NCBI GenBank assembly: GCA_965204745.1
Contig: OZ242010.1
Coordinates: 832,001-896,000 of the forward strand
Length of the DNA: 64,000 bases
Direction: 5' to 3'
Origin: Candidatus Latescibacterota bacterium
GTDB lineage: Bacteria > Latescibacterota > UBA2968
Shown here piece by piece: positions 27,470-39,102 of the stretch. Positions within the stretch are counted from its first letter, which is position 1. Each line of letters opens with the position of its first letter. The position numbers were made by a program, and so were the translations under genes. A model generated the notes under the pieces. It was given only the letters and a program-made list of their open reading frames with translations, did not search any database and had not been told where the DNA came from.

Positions 27470-30400
27470 TCACTGGCACGCTTCACACGCGCCATCTGTG
27501 ATGTCGCAGGATACGGGGGTTGGGGTGTGGGTGGGTGTCCATTCTCGGGTTTTGCCGTGCCGAGGCTCGGCGGATGGGTTCTGATGTACGGGCGTTGCGT
27601 TTGTAGCAAGAGCTACGTCAGGTGTTTCAACAGGTGCCGTGCCGTTTCCCGTGTCGGGATGGACTTCAGCGCGTTGGACTTGCACGTCACTCGACGCGGA
27701 TTTGGATTGCATCCATCGGGGTTGCACGCCGCGTTTGTTGATGTCCATCGTCGATTTCTCGATCTGCGTTGCGGCCAATGAGCGCAAATAATACGTGGTC
27801 TTCAGCCCGCGCACCCAGGCCAATTTGTACATCTCGTCCAGTGCCGTGCCGCTGGGGGATGCAATGTACAGATTGAGGGATTGCCCCATGTCGATCCACT
27901 TTTGCCGGCGGCTGGCGCATTCGATGAGCCATTCGGGGGCCACCTCAAACGCGGTTTTGTACAGGGCTTTCACCTCTGCGGGCACGCGGTCGATCTCTTG
28001 GACCGAGCCATCGAAATACTTCAGATCATCCACCATCTGATCGTCCCACAGATTGCGCGATTTCAAATCGCTGACCAGATACGGATTCAACACGGTGAAG
28101 TCGCCGGACAAATTGGCTTTCACGTACAAGTTGCGGTACATCGGCTCGATAGACTGGGTCACGCCCGAGATGTTCGAAATGGTGGCGGTTGGCGCAATCG
28201 CCATCACATTGCTGTTTCGCATGCCGTGCTTGGCGATGGCCTCGCGCACCGGTTGCCAGTCCAAGCGGGCAGACATATCCACATCCGCGTGCGACCCGCG
28301 TTCTTCGGTCAACAATTTTAAGGTGTCTATCGGCAACAGGCCGCGGTCCCATTTTGAACCGGAATACGATTGATAGGGGCCCCGTTCACGGGCCAAGCGC
28401 GTGGAGGCCAAAATCGCATAGTACGCGATCATTTCCATGCTCTCGTCGGCGAAATCGACCGCGCCTTGGGAATCGTAGGGCAAATTCAACAAATAAAGCG
28501 CGTCTTGAAATCCCATGACGCCCAACCCCACTGGGCGATGGCGTTTGTTGGAGGTGGCCGCTTCTTCGGTCGGATAAAAATTGATGTCGATCACATTGTC
28601 CAGCATCCGCAAAGCCGTGGAGAGGGTGTCTTCCAACAGCGTTTGACTCAGCCCCTGCTCCGAGACATGCGCCACCAGATTCACGGACCCCAAGTTGCAC
28701 ACCGCGGTCTCTTCGCGGCTCGTGTTCAACAAAATTTCAGTACACAAATTCGAACTGTGGACCACGCCCGCGTGGTCTTGCGGAGAGCGGATGTTGGACG
28801 GGTCCTTAAACGTGATCCAGGGATGCCCGGTTTCAAACAGCATGGACAACATTTTTCGCCACAGTTGCACGGCATCGACTTGGCGATACTGTTGCAACCC
28901 TCCGGCTTCGGCTTTTTGTTCGTACGCGGCGTATCGGGCTTCAAATGCCTTGCCGTACAAATGGTGCAGGTCCGGGACTTCGTCGGGGCTGAACAAGGTC
29001 CACATTCCCTTTTCCATGACGCGCTTCATAAACAGATCCGGGATCCAGTTTGCGGTGTTCATATCGTGCGTGCGGCGGCGGTCGTCGCCCGTGTTTTTTC
29101 GCAACTCCAGAAAATCCTCGATATCCAAGTGCCAGGTTTCCAAATACGAGCACACGGCCCCTTTGCGCTTGCCGCCTTGGTTGACGGCCACGGCCGTGTC
29201 GTTCACCACTTTGAGAAATGGAATCACGCCTTGGCTTTTGCCATTTGTGCCGCGGATATACGAGTTGGTCGCGCGCACGTTGGTCCAGTCATTGCCCAAG
29301 CCGCCGGCCCATTTGGACAATTTGGCGTTGTCGGATACCATTTTGAAAATGTGTTCCAGATCGTCTTGCGCGGTGGAGAGGTAGCACGAGGACAACTGCG
29401 GATGCAGGGTGCCGGCGTTGAACAGGGTGGGCGTGGCAGAGACGAATCGGAAGGAGGACAGGACTTCGTAGAACTGAATGGCGCGTGCGTCCCGGTCGTC
29501 TTCGTCCATTGACAAGCCCATGGCCACGCGCATCCAGAAAAACTGCGGGGTTTCGATGCGGCGTTCATCGACGTGGAGCAAATAGCGGTCAAAGATGGTC
29601 TGCACGCCCAAATACGCGAATTGTTCGTCGCGCTCGGGTTGGAGGGCCGCGGACAGGCGCGTGAGATCGTAAGTTCGCAATTTGGGATCCAAGCGGTCGT
29701 TTTTAATGCCCGTTTCGATGAATGCGGCAAAGCCCTGCCGACACGCCTTGTCTCGGTCTTCGGCGGCGGGTTTGAAGCCGAGGGCATGGCGGTAGATCAC
29801 GTTGAGCAACAAGCGCATCGCAACCTTGCTGTACGCGGGTTCTCTTTCAACGCGGCTACGCGCGGCAAGGATCATGGCGCGTTCAATGTCGTCGGGTTTG
29901 ATGTCGTCGTAGAGAGAGCGGTAGATTTCCTCGAGCAAGTCTTGGGCATCCACCTCTTGGAGACCTTCGCAGACGGAGAAGACTTCGGCGCGGATGCGGC
30001 TGGCGTCTAGGGGTTCGCGCTTGCCATCGGGCGTTTGCACGCGCAGTTTGGGGGCGTTGGGATCGGCGGGTTCTTCTTTGCCGCTGAGCACCCGGGCTTT
30101 TTTGTGGTCTTCCCGATAGACGATGTAGCGGCGGGCAACTGCGAAATGGCCGGCGCGCATCAATTGAATTTCGACCTTGTCTTGAACGCGCTCGACATCC
30201 ACACTGTCGTCTGGATCGCGCAATTCATCGGCGATTTCATCGATGACGGCATCGGTCAGGTCCGCCACGTCGGTTGCCATTTTGGGCGGCAATGCCTGTT
30301 CGCTGGACAAGCCCAACTCGGCTCTGAATGCGGCCGCAATGGCGCGCTCAATGCGCGTGCGGTCAAATTCCACGTCGCGACCGTCGCGTTTGCGGACGGA

Positions 30401-30505
30401 AAAATGAACACTGCCTTCCGCGTGATGTTGCAAGGACAGGCCATGCCCAATAGGGTCTGCGCTCGGGTACGCCTGCGTCAATACATTTTCGCTAACTTCC
30501 GCCAT
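27470..30505 (-). CDS. nrdA: Ribonucleotide reductase class I alpha subunit with two ATP-cones
   Basis: VRKRDG cone, [40 protein letters not shown] tail. Confidence 0.97.
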   Translation of the reverse strand: MAEVSENVLTQAYPSADPIGHGLSLQHHAEGSVHFSVRKRDGRDVEFDRTRIERAIAAAFRAELGLSSEQALPPKMATDVADLTDAVIDEIADELRDPDDSVDVERVQDKVEIQLMRAGHFAVARRYIVYREDHKKARVLSGKEEPADPNAPKLRVQTPDGKREPLDASRIRAEVFSVCEGLQEVDAQDLLEEIYRSLYDDIKPDDIERAMILAARSRVEREPAYSKVAMRLLLNVIYRHALGFKPAAEDRDKACRQGFAAFIETGIKNDRLDPKLRTYDLTRLSAALQPERDEQFAYLGVQTIFDRYLLHVDERRIETPQFFWMRVAMGLSMDEDDRDARAIQFYEVLSSFRFVSATPTLFNAGTLHPQLSSCYLSTAQDDLEHIFKMVSDNAKLSKWAGGLGNDWTNVRATNSYIRGTNGKSQGVIPFLKVVNDTAVAVNQGGKRKGAVCSYLETWHLDIEDFLELRKNTGDDRRRTHDMNTANWIPDLFMKRVMEKGMWTLFSPDEVPDLHHLYGKAFEARYAAYEQKAEAGGLQQYRQVDAVQLWRKMLSMLFETGHPWITFKDPSNIRSPQDHAGVVHSSNLCTEILLNTSREETAVCNLGSVNLVAHVSEQGLSQTLLEDTLSTALRMLDNVIDINFYPTEEAATSNKRHRPVGLGVMGFQDALYLLNLPYDSQGAVDFADESMEMIAYYAILASTRLARERGPYQSYSGSKWDRGLLPIDTLKLLTEERGSHADVDMSARLDWQPVREAIAKHGMRNSNVMAIAPTATISNISGVTQSIEPMYRNLYVKANLSGDFTVLNPYLVSDLKSRNLWDDQMVDDLKYFDGSVQEIDRVPAEVKALYKTAFEVAPEWLIECASRRQKWIDMGQSLNLYIASPSGTALDEMYKLAWVRGLKTTYYLRSLAATQIEKSTMDINKRGVQPRWMQSKSASSDVQVQRAEVHPDTGNGTAPVETPDVALATNATPVHQNPSAEPRHGKTREWTPTHTPTPVSCDITDGACEACQ

Positions 30506-30812
30506 GCCTGCTTCCCTCCGAATACCCAGCCATGAACCAATAGAGACAAAAGAAACCCACGCCCGCTGGATGCGAACCACAACGGGGAGGGAAAAGAGAT
30601 GAGATTTGAATTGGACTTTGAGACAACGAATCGGGAAAACGCAAGGTGGGAAATCCGAATCGCAGAACAGGGGAGAACCGGCGACCAATGGATTTGTTTT
30701 CCCGAAAAAACACCGACTTGCAAGGATAATGCGCGCTGAATCACGTATCGAGATCGCGCTGATAGAACAGCCCAGCCAAGGGCATCATCAAAGGCTTCAC
30801 TCATTGCTTTGA

Positions 30813-30860
30813 GCACAATATATGGTGGTCTAAACAAAAAGTCAATACAAAATATATGCA
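30813..30860 (-). promoter_or_regulatory. nrdAB promoter overlapped by tandem NrdR boxes
   Basis: TTGACT-17 nt-TATATT (30845-30817, minus); boxes GCACAATATATGGTGG (30813) and ATACAAAATATATGCA (30845), 32 bp apart. Confidence 0.8.
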
Positions 30861-31123
30861 AATTGTAACAGGAGGGCGAGCGCGTTCAATTGCTTGTATA
30901 TGCGAGGGTTAGGGCGAAAAATGCCGTATTGCAAGCGATGTGCGTTGCGATATTTCGCGCTTGTTCGCGTACAAAAAAATGCTTTGACTTAAGCGATAAA
31001 ATGTCGAATATTTTGGGAAATACTGACCACCGAAAATCAGCCCTCGCATGAGCACGAGGATGCACGGGAATGCAGTGCGAGGTACCACGGCCTATCCCCA
31101 CGGTTGATGGAGAAGGAGGAGAA

Positions 31124-32296
31124 ATGGACGCTATGGGAGGTCATTTGCTCGCGTCATTGACGCAGACGAAGAAGGCCAAGACGCTACGCGCATCGTCTTG
31201 GGATACGAGTGGACGGAATCGAGATGCCTGGGTGATCGAAGGCGGGGAGACGCGCGTTTTGGCCGATCTCAAAGGGCCGGGTTGTATTACGCACATTTGG
31301 ATGACGCAAAGCGGAGAGGGCGCGTTTCGCAATGTGGTTTTGAAGATGTTTTGGGATGGCGAAGACGAGCCGAGCGTGGCAGTGCCGTTGGGCGATTTCT
31401 TTTGTTTGGGGCATGGGATTTCCGCGTCGTTTCAGTCCCTGCCCTTTTCCGCGTCTGCGAATGAACAGCGCGAGAATGCGTTTGGCCCCAATGCCGCGCT
31501 CAACTGCTATTTGCAGATGCCGTTTAATTCTTCTGCACGCCTTGAGGTGACGAATGAGGGCGATGCGCCCTATCGGCAGTATTTCTATGTGGATTACGAG
31601 GTGTATGACGCGCCGTGGGGCGCGGATACGGCGTATTTTCACGCGCAGTTTCACAGGGAAAATCCCTGCGATGGTTGGGGGCATGAGATTCGCGTCAACA
31701 CGCCCGAGGCCAATATCGTCAATGTGGGACAACAGGCGTGGGATGAAAATTACGTGATTTTGGAGGCCACGGGCACGGGGCATTATATCGGGTGCAATTT
31801 ATCCGTGACCAATTTTCAGGGCACCTGGTGGGGCGAAGGCGATGATATGATTTGGGTGGATGGCTACAAATGGCCGCCGGATTTGCACGGTACGGGCAGT
31901 GAAGATTATCTCAATCAGGCGTGGGGAATGCAGGACAATGCGTTTTTGATGAACGGCTCGTCGATTTACGAGCACAATACGGGTGGGTACCAGACATCTT
32001 ATGTTTTTCATGTGACCAATCCGGTGCGGTTTGAGCGCGAGATTAAGGTGACGATTGAACACGGGCACGGCAATCACTTAGCTAATGAAATGGCGTCTGT
32101 GGCCTATTGGTATCAAAAAGAGCCGCATCGAGAATTTGGGATTCTCCCGGTGCAAAAGCGACAACCCGTGGCGCGGTTGCGCGAACGCCGCACAGTTGAT
32201 TGGGCACGAGACCGCGATGCCCAAACCGCACAGCGCGAGGTGGTGTTGAATGCGGAGATGGAAGAGATGAAGCGGCAATGGGCGGAGAAGCAGTAG
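31124..32296 (+). CDS. DUF2961 / glycoside hydrolase family 172 protein
   Basis: GPGCITHIWMT, PLGDFF, WWGEGDD, GTGSEDY, SVAYWYQ. Confidence 0.9.
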   Translation: MDAMGGHLLASLTQTKKAKTLRASSWDTSGRNRDAWVIEGGETRVLADLKGPGCITHIWMTQSGEGAFRNVVLKMFWDGEDEPSVAVPLGDFFCLGHGISASFQSLPFSASANEQRENAFGPNAALNCYLQMPFNSSARLEVTNEGDAPYRQYFYVDYEVYDAPWGADTAYFHAQFHRENPCDGWGHEIRVNTPEANIVNVGQQAWDENYVILEATGTGHYIGCNLSVTNFQGTWWGEGDDMIWVDGYKWPPDLHGTGSEDYLNQAWGMQDNAFLMNGSSIYEHNTGGYQTSYVFHVTNPVRFEREIKVTIEHGHGNHLANEMASVAYWYQKEPHREFGILPVQKRQPVARLRERRTVDWARDRDAQTAQREVVLNAEMEEMKRQWAEKQ

Positions 32297-32370
32297 TCAG
32301 TGGTCAGTGGTCAGTGGTCAGTGGTCAGTAGTCAGTAGTCAGTAGTCAGTAGTCAGTAGTCAGTAGTCAG
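32290..32370. repeat. Tandem heptamer tract (CAGTAGT/CAGTGGT), about 11 units
   Basis: Direct inspection. Confidence 0.95.
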
Positions 32371-32688
32371 TAGGTTCTGTTGACATTTACGAGCAAAGCA
32401 ACTAGCTTGAGCGGTTTATCGAGAAAATCAAGCCCTATCGCAGAATATGCTCTCGGTATCGGGACCTACCCCCCTAACCCCCCTTCCTTAGAGGAAGGGG
32501 GGAACGCGGATGGGTTTTGCGAGGGGATGGTGTGAGGGATTTTTAATCGCTTTATGCCCTCGGTCAATGCCATCAGAACAACCATAGATATAAGCCATCA
32601 AAGGAGCTTTACTCCCCTTTCCTCTTAGGAAAGGGGCCGGGGGATAGGTCCCCTCGCGCAACGCCATCAAAGGGCCAAACGCATTAAG
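32371..32688. mobile_element. Inverted, one-end-truncated copy of the 18567-18993 MITE
   Basis: TAGGTTCTGTTGACATTT end plus the same CCCCTTCCT..AGGAAGGGG palindromic interior. Confidence 0.75.
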
Positions 32689-32749
32689 GGATAGGCCCCG
32701 TGCCTGTCCGCAGGCAGGTGCTAAAGTGCTGTTATTCAGCATACTGAGG

Positions 32750-32980
32750 TGGTATGATGTTGCACTTGGCAGCGAAGAGCGAGATTATGTCGTCAAGCGC
32801 GATGAGTATTTCGCGCACGGGATTTGGGAATACGTCATTGTCGATCCCTTCCGAAAGGTCGTTACCGTGCTTTCGCGTGGGGCGCGTGGTTATCTGGCAC
32901 GCGAATTGAGAGATGGCGAGGTTTATACTTCTAGGCAACTTCCCGGCTTTGAATTTCCAATCGTTGATTTGGCCTGGTAG
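32750..32980 (+). pseudogene. C-terminal remnant of Uma2 (DUF820) endonuclease
   Basis: RDYVVKRDEY...GIWEYVIVDP...LPGF; N-terminus absent. Confidence 0.75.
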
Positions 32981-33015
32981 GTGGTCCAAAGGTGTTACAC
33001 CACAGGAGGCTCACT

Positions 33016-36000
33016 ATGTTTTTTGGTCGTTTGTCGTTTAGACCGAACGCCGGACACATTGAGTTGGCGGCGTTTTTTCGCACGGGGATGCTGGTCGCGG
33101 TGCTGTTGGCGGGAACCCTGCTCGTTCTGGCTCCGGCTGAGGCGCAACCGAGGGTGTCGAGCATCACCCTGAACAGCGGCTATGGCTCCAACAATGAGTG
33201 GTTTGGCGACCAAGAAATTATCGCCACCGTGACGTTTAGTGCCGCAGTGGATGTGACGTATAGCGAGGCCCTCATCAGCCGCCGGCCCGGGCTCCAGCTC
33301 CTCATCGGTGCCAATAACTTGCCTCAGCGACAATGCGGTAGCGTATACTCTCAAGCTACCAGCGAGTGCATCGTGTACATGCAGTTGAAACGCGGTGGCA
33401 ACACCGGTTGTGCGAATGGTTCATGCAGCAATGTCACCTCCCTGAAGTTCGGCTGGACCCCGACTGAAGAATTTCTGGACACCGACGGCATCGTCATTCC
33501 GCAGAACGCATTGGCGAACAACGGTGGCTCGACAATTACGACCTCAGGCACCACCACGGACGTGAATTTGAGCCATAGTGCCTACTCGGGTGTTGCCCGC
33601 AAAGTGGATGGTGGCAAGGTCAGGAACACCGGACTCACCATTTCCAAGCAGACGTTCATCAAGGGCGTACCCGCGTACACTCAACTTCCCGCCATGAGCC
33701 GCGGCCCAGCGATAGGCGATAGGGGCATCAACCACTATCTCTTAGGACCTGGGGAGGCTTACATTACCTTTGATGGATATTCTATACGCGATTCGACTGG
33801 GCTAACTTGGGACAGGAATGGCGATGGCTGGGCCGATGTCAGTTGCGGAGCGGCACGCACCATCTGCGGCACGCCGACCCGGACCTTGAGCGCGACCACA
33901 TACCAGTATCGCGGGCAACGCAACAATCTCAATTTCGCAAATTACGATTTCGCTATCGAGGTTCTGAATACGCCCACGGCTTGGATCGATTCCACCGCCA
34001 CTTCGCCCGTCTCTCTAAACGAGGACAACCTAAACGGCGCGACGGTCACCGTGAAACTGGCCAACGTCACCTATGTCGCGGGCGGCGCAGAGCGATTCGA
34101 GCTCACCGCTCCAACGGGCGTGTCGATTTCCAGCGTGTCGGGCGGCGGCGCGGGCAGCACCACAGCCACGCTGACGCTCGCGTACGACAATACCGACTTC
34201 GACGCGGCTCGGACGCTCGCGGTGAAGGTGAAGGCGGCGGGCCATTCCGGTAGCAACGACCTGACCACCAGCAGGCCGGCGAACAGTGCCGCCTCGGTGA
34301 AGGCATCGTTGCCGGTGGCGCATGTGCTCGAGGCGACGCCGGGCCAACCGACTATTGTGTCCGTAACGCCGGGGGTAGAGTCGCTCGCGGTAAAGTGGAA
34401 CACCGTAACCGGCGCGACCAGTTACAAATTGCAGTGGAAGTACGGTGCGCTGAACTACGATTCTTCTCGGCAGACAACGGTCACCGCCCCGGACACGAGC
34501 CATACCATCCCCAACCTGACCGGGGTGCAACACACCGTGCGGGTGATCGCGACGAGCTCCAAAGCGGTTACACCCGACGGCACGGCCTCTCAGGAATCGA
34601 CAGGCACGCCCATAGTGCCATCGCTGTCGATCAACTCGCCGAGCGTTACCGAGGGGCCGACCGGCGCGAGTGCGACGCTGACGTACACGGTGACGCTCAG
34701 TCCGGCGAGCAACAACCAAGTGACGGTGGCCTACGCGCAAGGGAGCGGTGGGAGCGCGACGTCTGGCACGGATTACACGGCGTTGAGCAGCGGCACGCTG
34801 ACCTTTACGGCCGGGCAGACGAGCAAGACGATCACCTTGTCTGTGACGGGCGATGATACGGATGAACCGGACGAGACGGTTGAAGTGACGTTGAGCAGCC
34901 CGACCAACGCGGCGATCTCTACGGCAACCGGCACCGGGACGATTACGGACGATGACGATCCGCCGTCTCTGTCGATCAACTCACCGAGCGTTACCGAGGG
35001 GCCGTCCAATGCGAGTGCGACGCTGACGTACACAGTGACGTTGAGCGCGGCGAGCGGGAAGGAGGTAAAGGTTGCGTATGCCCAAGGGAGCGGTGGGAGC
35101 GCGACGTCTGGCACGGACTACACGGCGTTGAGCAGCGGCACGCTGACTTTTCGGACTGGTCAAACCGATACGACGATCACCTTGTCTGTGACGGGCGATG
35201 ATATGGATGAACCGGACGAGACGGTTGAAGTGACGTTGAGTAGCCCGACCAACGCGACGATCGCCACGGCAACCGGCACCGGGACGATTACGGACGATGA
35301 CGATCCGCCATCGCTGTCGATCAACTCACCGAGCGTTACCGAGGGGCCGTCCAATGCGAGTGCGACGCTGACGTACACGGTGACGTTGAGCGCGACGAGC
35401 GGGAAGGAGGTAAGGGTTGCGTATGCACAAGGAAGCGGTGGGAGCGCGACTCAGGGCACGGATTACACGGCGTTGAGCAACGGCACGCTGACCTTTACGG
35501 CCGGGCAGACGAGCAAGGCGATCACCTTGTCCGTGACGGGCGATGATACGGATGAACCGGACGAGACGGTTGAAGTGACGTTGAGTAGCCCGACCAACGC
35601 GACGATCGCCACGGCGACGGGTACCGGGACCATTACGGACGATGACGATCCGCCGTCTCTGTCGATCAACTCACCGAGCGTTACCGAGGGGCCGTCCAAT
35701 GCGAGTGCGACGCTGACGTACACGGTGACGTTGAGCGCGGCGAGCGGGAAGGAGGTAAGGGTTGCGTATGCACAAGGGAGCGGTGGGAGCGCGACGTCTG
35801 GCACGGATTACACGGCGTTGAGTAGCGGCTCGCTGACCTTTACGGCCGGGCAGACGAGCAAGGCGATCACCCTGTCCGTGACGGGCGATGATACGGATGA
35901 ACCGGACGAGACGGTTGAAGTGACGTTGAGCAGCCCGACCAATGCGACGATCGCCACGGCAACCGGCACCGGGACGATTGCGGACGATGACGATCCGCCG

Positions 36001-39000
36001 TCTCTGTCGATCAACTCGCCGAGCGTTACCGAGGGGCCGACCGGCGCGAGTGCGACGCTGACGTACACAGTGACGTTGAGCGCGGCGAGCGGGAAGGAGG
36101 TAAGGGTTGCGTATGCACAAGGAAGCGGTGGGAGCGCGACGTCTGGCACGGATTACACGGCGTTGAGCAGCGGCACGCTGACTTTTCGGATTGGTCAAAC
36201 CGATACGACGATCACCTTGTCCGTGACGGGCGACGCGCTGGACGAGCTGAACGAGACAGTTGAAGTGACGTTGAGTAGCCCGACCAATGCGACAATTTTG
36301 ATCGGCACTGGCACTGGCACGATTATAGACGACGATGGCTCGCCTACGCTGTCAATTGACTCTCCCAATGTTATCGAGGGGCCGGCTAACGCAACGGCGA
36401 CGCTGACGTACACGGTGACGCTCAGTCCGGTGAGCGGTCAACAGGTGACGGTGGACTATGCGGAAGGGAGCGGTGGGACCGCGACTCAGGGCACGGACTA
36501 CACGGCGTTGAGCAGCGGCACGCTGACCTTTACGACCGGACAGACGAGCAAGACGATCACCTTGTCCGTGACGGGCGATGATGCGGACGAACCGAATGAG
36601 ACGATTGTGGTGATGTTGAGCAACCCGACCAATACGACGATCTCCGCGGCGACGGGCACCGGGACGATTGCGGACGATGACGATCCGCCGGCACTGTCGA
36701 TCAACTCGCCGAGCGTTGTTGAAGGGCCGGCCGGCGCGAGTGCGACGCTGACGTACACGGTGACGTTGAGCGCGACGAGCGAGAAGCAGGTGATCGTTGC
36801 GTACGCGGAATCCAGTAGCGAGCGCACCGCAACTCCGGGCACGGATTACACGGCGTTGAGCAGCGGCGCGCTGACCTTTACGGCCGGACAGACGAGCAAG
36901 ACGGTCACGGTATTGGTGGCGGGCGATGATGCGGACGAACCGGACGAGACGATTGTGGTGACGTTGAGCAACCCGACCAACGCGACGATCTCCACGGCGA
37001 CGGGCACCGGAACGATTGCGGACGATGAGCCGACGCCTTCGGTGACGCTCATTTTGACGCCGCAGGCAATTGACGAAAATGGAGGCACGGCGGCGATAAT
37101 GGCGACTTTGAGCGGTATGTCGGGCGCGCAGACGACAGTGACGGTTTCGGCTGTTGCGGTGTCTCCTGCGGTAGCGGGCGATTTCACGTTGAGCGAGAAC
37201 GCGGTTTTGACCATTGTAGCGGGCGCGACGACGAGTGGGGGAGTGACGATTGCTGCGGTCAATGACGAGATAGATTCGCCGAACAAACAGGTGACGATTT
37301 CGGGGACCACGGCCGGCGGTTACGGCGTAGCGGATCCAGATGACGTGACGCTGACGATAGAGGACGACGATGGGCCGCCGACCGTGAGGCTCGTTTTGAC
37401 GCCTCCTCAGATTCCGGAGTTTGATGGGACGAGCAGGGTAACAGCGACCATGAACCGAGCGTCGAGCGCGCAGACGACGGTGACGGTTTCGGCTGTTGCG
37501 GTGTCTCCTGCGGTGGCTGGCGATTTCGCGTTGAGTGAGAACGCGGTTTTGACCATTGTAGCGGGCGCGACGACGAGTACGGAGGAAGTGACGATTGCTG
37601 CGGTCAATGACGGGATAGAAGGGCCGGGCAAGACCGTGACGGTTTCGGCCGTGTCTGCCGGGGGCAATGGCATAGCGAATCCGGCGAGCGTGACGCTGAC
37701 GATTTTGCCGAATACGATTCCGTCGTTCACGGATGGGATGGATCCGCAACGCTACGAGCAGGGTATCGCCATTTCTCCGCTGACTCTGCCCGGGGCAACC
37801 GGTGGCGAGGGAACGCTGACGTATAGCATGGAGACCCCGCCCGGTCTGGACTACACCGCGCCGGGCAGTGGGGATGGCCATGGCGGTGTTTTGTCTGGCA
37901 CGCCGACCGAAGCGATAGAAAAGACGATCTACACGGTGACGGCGACTGATGGAGACGGGGAGGCGGGGGCCCTGTCTTTCTTCATTACTGTGGTGGAGAA
38001 CCCACAGCCAGCTCTTGACGCTGCGACAGTGGCGGCGCAGAACTATGTGCAAAACAGGGAGATCGCGCCCCTGACATTGCCCGAAATGACGGTACAGGGT
38101 GGGGCACTGACCTATAGCCTGACGCCTGCGCTACCTTCTGGCTTGAGCTTTGACGCGACGACGCGGGAACTTTCCGGCACGCCGGTCGAGGCGATAGATG
38201 AGACCGAGTACACGCTGACCGCGACGGACGAAGATGGCACTGTTGAGACGCTGACTTTCACTCTTTCAGTGGTGGCGAATTTGATTCCGTCGTTTGGCGA
38301 TACGGTTGCGGTGGCGGCGCAAAATTATGTGCAGGACAGGGAGATCGATGCGGTGACGCTACCTGCGGCGACGGGTGGGAATGGGGTGCTGTCCTACGCG
38401 CTGCTACCCGCGTTGCCTTCTGGCCTGAGTTTTGACGCGACGACGCGGGAACTTTCCGGCACGCCGCTCAAGGCGACAGACGAGACCGAGTTCGCGCTGA
38501 CCGCGACGGATAGAGATGGCGATGTGGGGACGCTGGCGTTCACCATTTCAGTGGTGGCAGATTCGATCCCTTCCTTCGGCAATACGACTGTGGTGGCGCA
38601 GAGCTATGTGCTAAATCGGGAGATCGATGCGGTGACGCTACCTGCGGCGACAGGTGGGAATGGAATATTGATCCATGTGCTAACGCCTGCGTTGCCTTCT
38701 GGCTTGAGTTTTGATGTGCGGACGCGGGAACTTTCCGGCACGCCGCTCGAGGCGATAGACGAGACCGAGTACACCTTGACGGCATTGGACGCAGATGGTG
38801 ACGTGGCTTCGTTGACTTTTACCCTTGAGGTGCAGGAGGCGACGCCCGATTTTGATGGCAATGACCGCGTTGATTTTATGGATTTTCTGTCCTTTGTCAG
38901 CAAGTTCGGAATGCGTCAGGGCGACGCGGGGTACGATGTGCGGTACGATCTGGATGGCAATGGCGAGATTGGGTTTGGCGATTTCCTCATCTTCGCCGGC

Positions 39001-39021
39001 AGTTTTGGCTCATCAGGCTGA
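33016..39021 (+). CDS. Large secreted/surface protein: Fn3, 7 Calx-beta-like repeats, Ig-like repeats, C-terminal EF-hand/dockerin-like domain
   Basis: GGAGG before ATG 33016, signal peptide (AEA-Q), SINSPSVTEG...GTITDDD repeats, LSGTP Ig repeats, DFDGNDRVDFMDF...DLDGNGEIGFGDF. Confidence 0.9.
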   Translation: MFFGRLSFRPNAGHIELAAFFRTGMLVAVLLAGTLLVLAPAEAQPRVSSITLNSGYGSNNEWFGDQEIIATVTFSAAVDVTYSEALISRRPGLQLLIGANNLPQRQCGSVYSQATSECIVYMQLKRGGNTGCANGSCSNVTSLKFGWTPTEEFLDTDGIVIPQNALANNGGSTITTSGTTTDVNLSHSAYSGVARKVDGGKVRNTGLTISKQTFIKGVPAYTQLPAMSRGPAIGDRGINHYLLGPGEAYITFDGYSIRDSTGLTWDRNGDGWADVSCGAARTICGTPTRTLSATTYQYRGQRNNLNFANYDFAIEVLNTPTAWIDSTATSPVSLNEDNLNGATVTVKLANVTYVAGGAERFELTAPTGVSISSVSGGGAGSTTATLTLAYDNTDFDAARTLAVKVKAAGHSGSNDLTTSRPANSAASVKASLPVAHVLEATPGQPTIVSVTPGVESLAVKWNTVTGATSYKLQWKYGALNYDSSRQTTVTAPDTSHTIPNLTGVQHTVRVIATSSKAVTPDGTASQESTGTPIVPSLSINSPSVTEGPTGASATLTYTVTLSPASNNQVTVAYAQGSGGSATSGTDYTALSSGTLTFTAGQTSKTITLSVTGDDTDEPDETVEVTLSSPTNAAISTATGTGTITDDDDPPSLSINSPSVTEGPSNASATLTYTVTLSAASGKEVKVAYAQGSGGSATSGTDYTALSSGTLTFRTGQTDTTITLSVTGDDMDEPDETVEVTLSSPTNATIATATGTGTITDDDDPPSLSINSPSVTEGPSNASATLTYTVTLSATSGKEVRVAYAQGSGGSATQGTDYTALSNGTLTFTAGQTSKAITLSVTGDDTDEPDETVEVTLSSPTNATIATATGTGTITDDDDPPSLSINSPSVTEGPSNASATLTYTVTLSAASGKEVRVAYAQGSGGSATSGTDYTALSSGSLTFTAGQTSKAITLSVTGDDTDEPDETVEVTLSSPTNATIATATGTGTIADDDDPPSLSINSPSVTEGPTGASATLTYTVTLSAASGKEVRVAYAQGSGGSATSGTDYTALSSGTLTFRIGQTDTTITLSVTGDALDELNETVEVTLSSPTNATILIGTGTGTIIDDDGSPTLSIDSPNVIEGPANATATLTYTVTLSPVSGQQVTVDYAEGSGGTATQGTDYTALSSGTLTFTTGQTSKTITLSVTGDDADEPNETIVVMLSNPTNTTISAATGTGTIADDDDPPALSINSPSVVEGPAGASATLTYTVTLSATSEKQVIVAYAESSSERTATPGTDYTALSSGALTFTAGQTSKTVTVLVAGDDADEPDETIVVTLSNPTNATISTATGTGTIADDEPTPSVTLILTPQAIDENGGTAAIMATLSGMSGAQTTVTVSAVAVSPAVAGDFTLSENAVLTIVAGATTSGGVTIAAVNDEIDSPNKQVTISGTTAGGYGVADPDDVTLTIEDDDGPPTVRLVLTPPQIPEFDGTSRVTATMNRASSAQTTVTVSAVAVSPAVAGDFALSENAVLTIVAGATTSTEEVTIAAVNDGIEGPGKTVTVSAVSAGGNGIANPASVTLTILPNTIPSFTDGMDPQRYEQGIAISPLTLPGATGGEGTLTYSMETPPGLDYTAPGSGDGHGGVLSGTPTEAIEKTIYTVTATDGDGEAGALSFFITVVENPQPALDAATVAAQNYVQNREIAPLTLPEMTVQGGALTYSLTPALPSGLSFDATTRELSGTPVEAIDETEYTLTATDEDGTVETLTFTLSVVANLIPSFGDTVAVAAQNYVQDREIDAVTLPAATGGNGVLSYALLPALPSGLSFDATTRELSGTPLKATDETEFALTATDRDGDVGTLAFTISVVADSIPSFGNTTVVAQSYVLNREIDAVTLPAATGGNGILIHVLTPALPSGLSFDVRTRELSGTPLEAIDETEYTLTALDADGDVASLTFTLEVQEATPDFDGNDRVDFMDFLSFVSKFGMRQGDAGYDVRYDLDGNGEIGFGDFLIFAGSFGSSG
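34618..37030 (+). repeat. Seven tandem 345-bp Calx-beta-like coding repeats
   Basis: Unit starts near 34621, 34966, 35311, 35656, 36001, 36346, 36691. Confidence 0.92.
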
Positions 39022-39057
39022 ACGACGAAAGATGCGAAAGGGCACGCATACGAGACA

Positions 39058-39102
39058 AAAAAGTAAAGCCCGGGTTCCCGGTGAACTCGGGCTTTACTTT
39101 TT
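39058..39102. terminator. Bidirectional intrinsic terminator
   Basis: AAAAAGTAAAGCCCG...CGGGCTTTACTTTTT. Confidence 0.85.

Noticed and set aside
30506-30812. Cobalamin riboswitch upstream of nrdA
   Set aside because: Conserved B12-box and GGGAA motifs are not visible on the coding strand.
34618-37030. Long repeats as a DGR template/variable pair or CRISPR-like array
   Set aside because: In-frame domain repeats, no reverse transcriptase, no evident adenine-specific differences.
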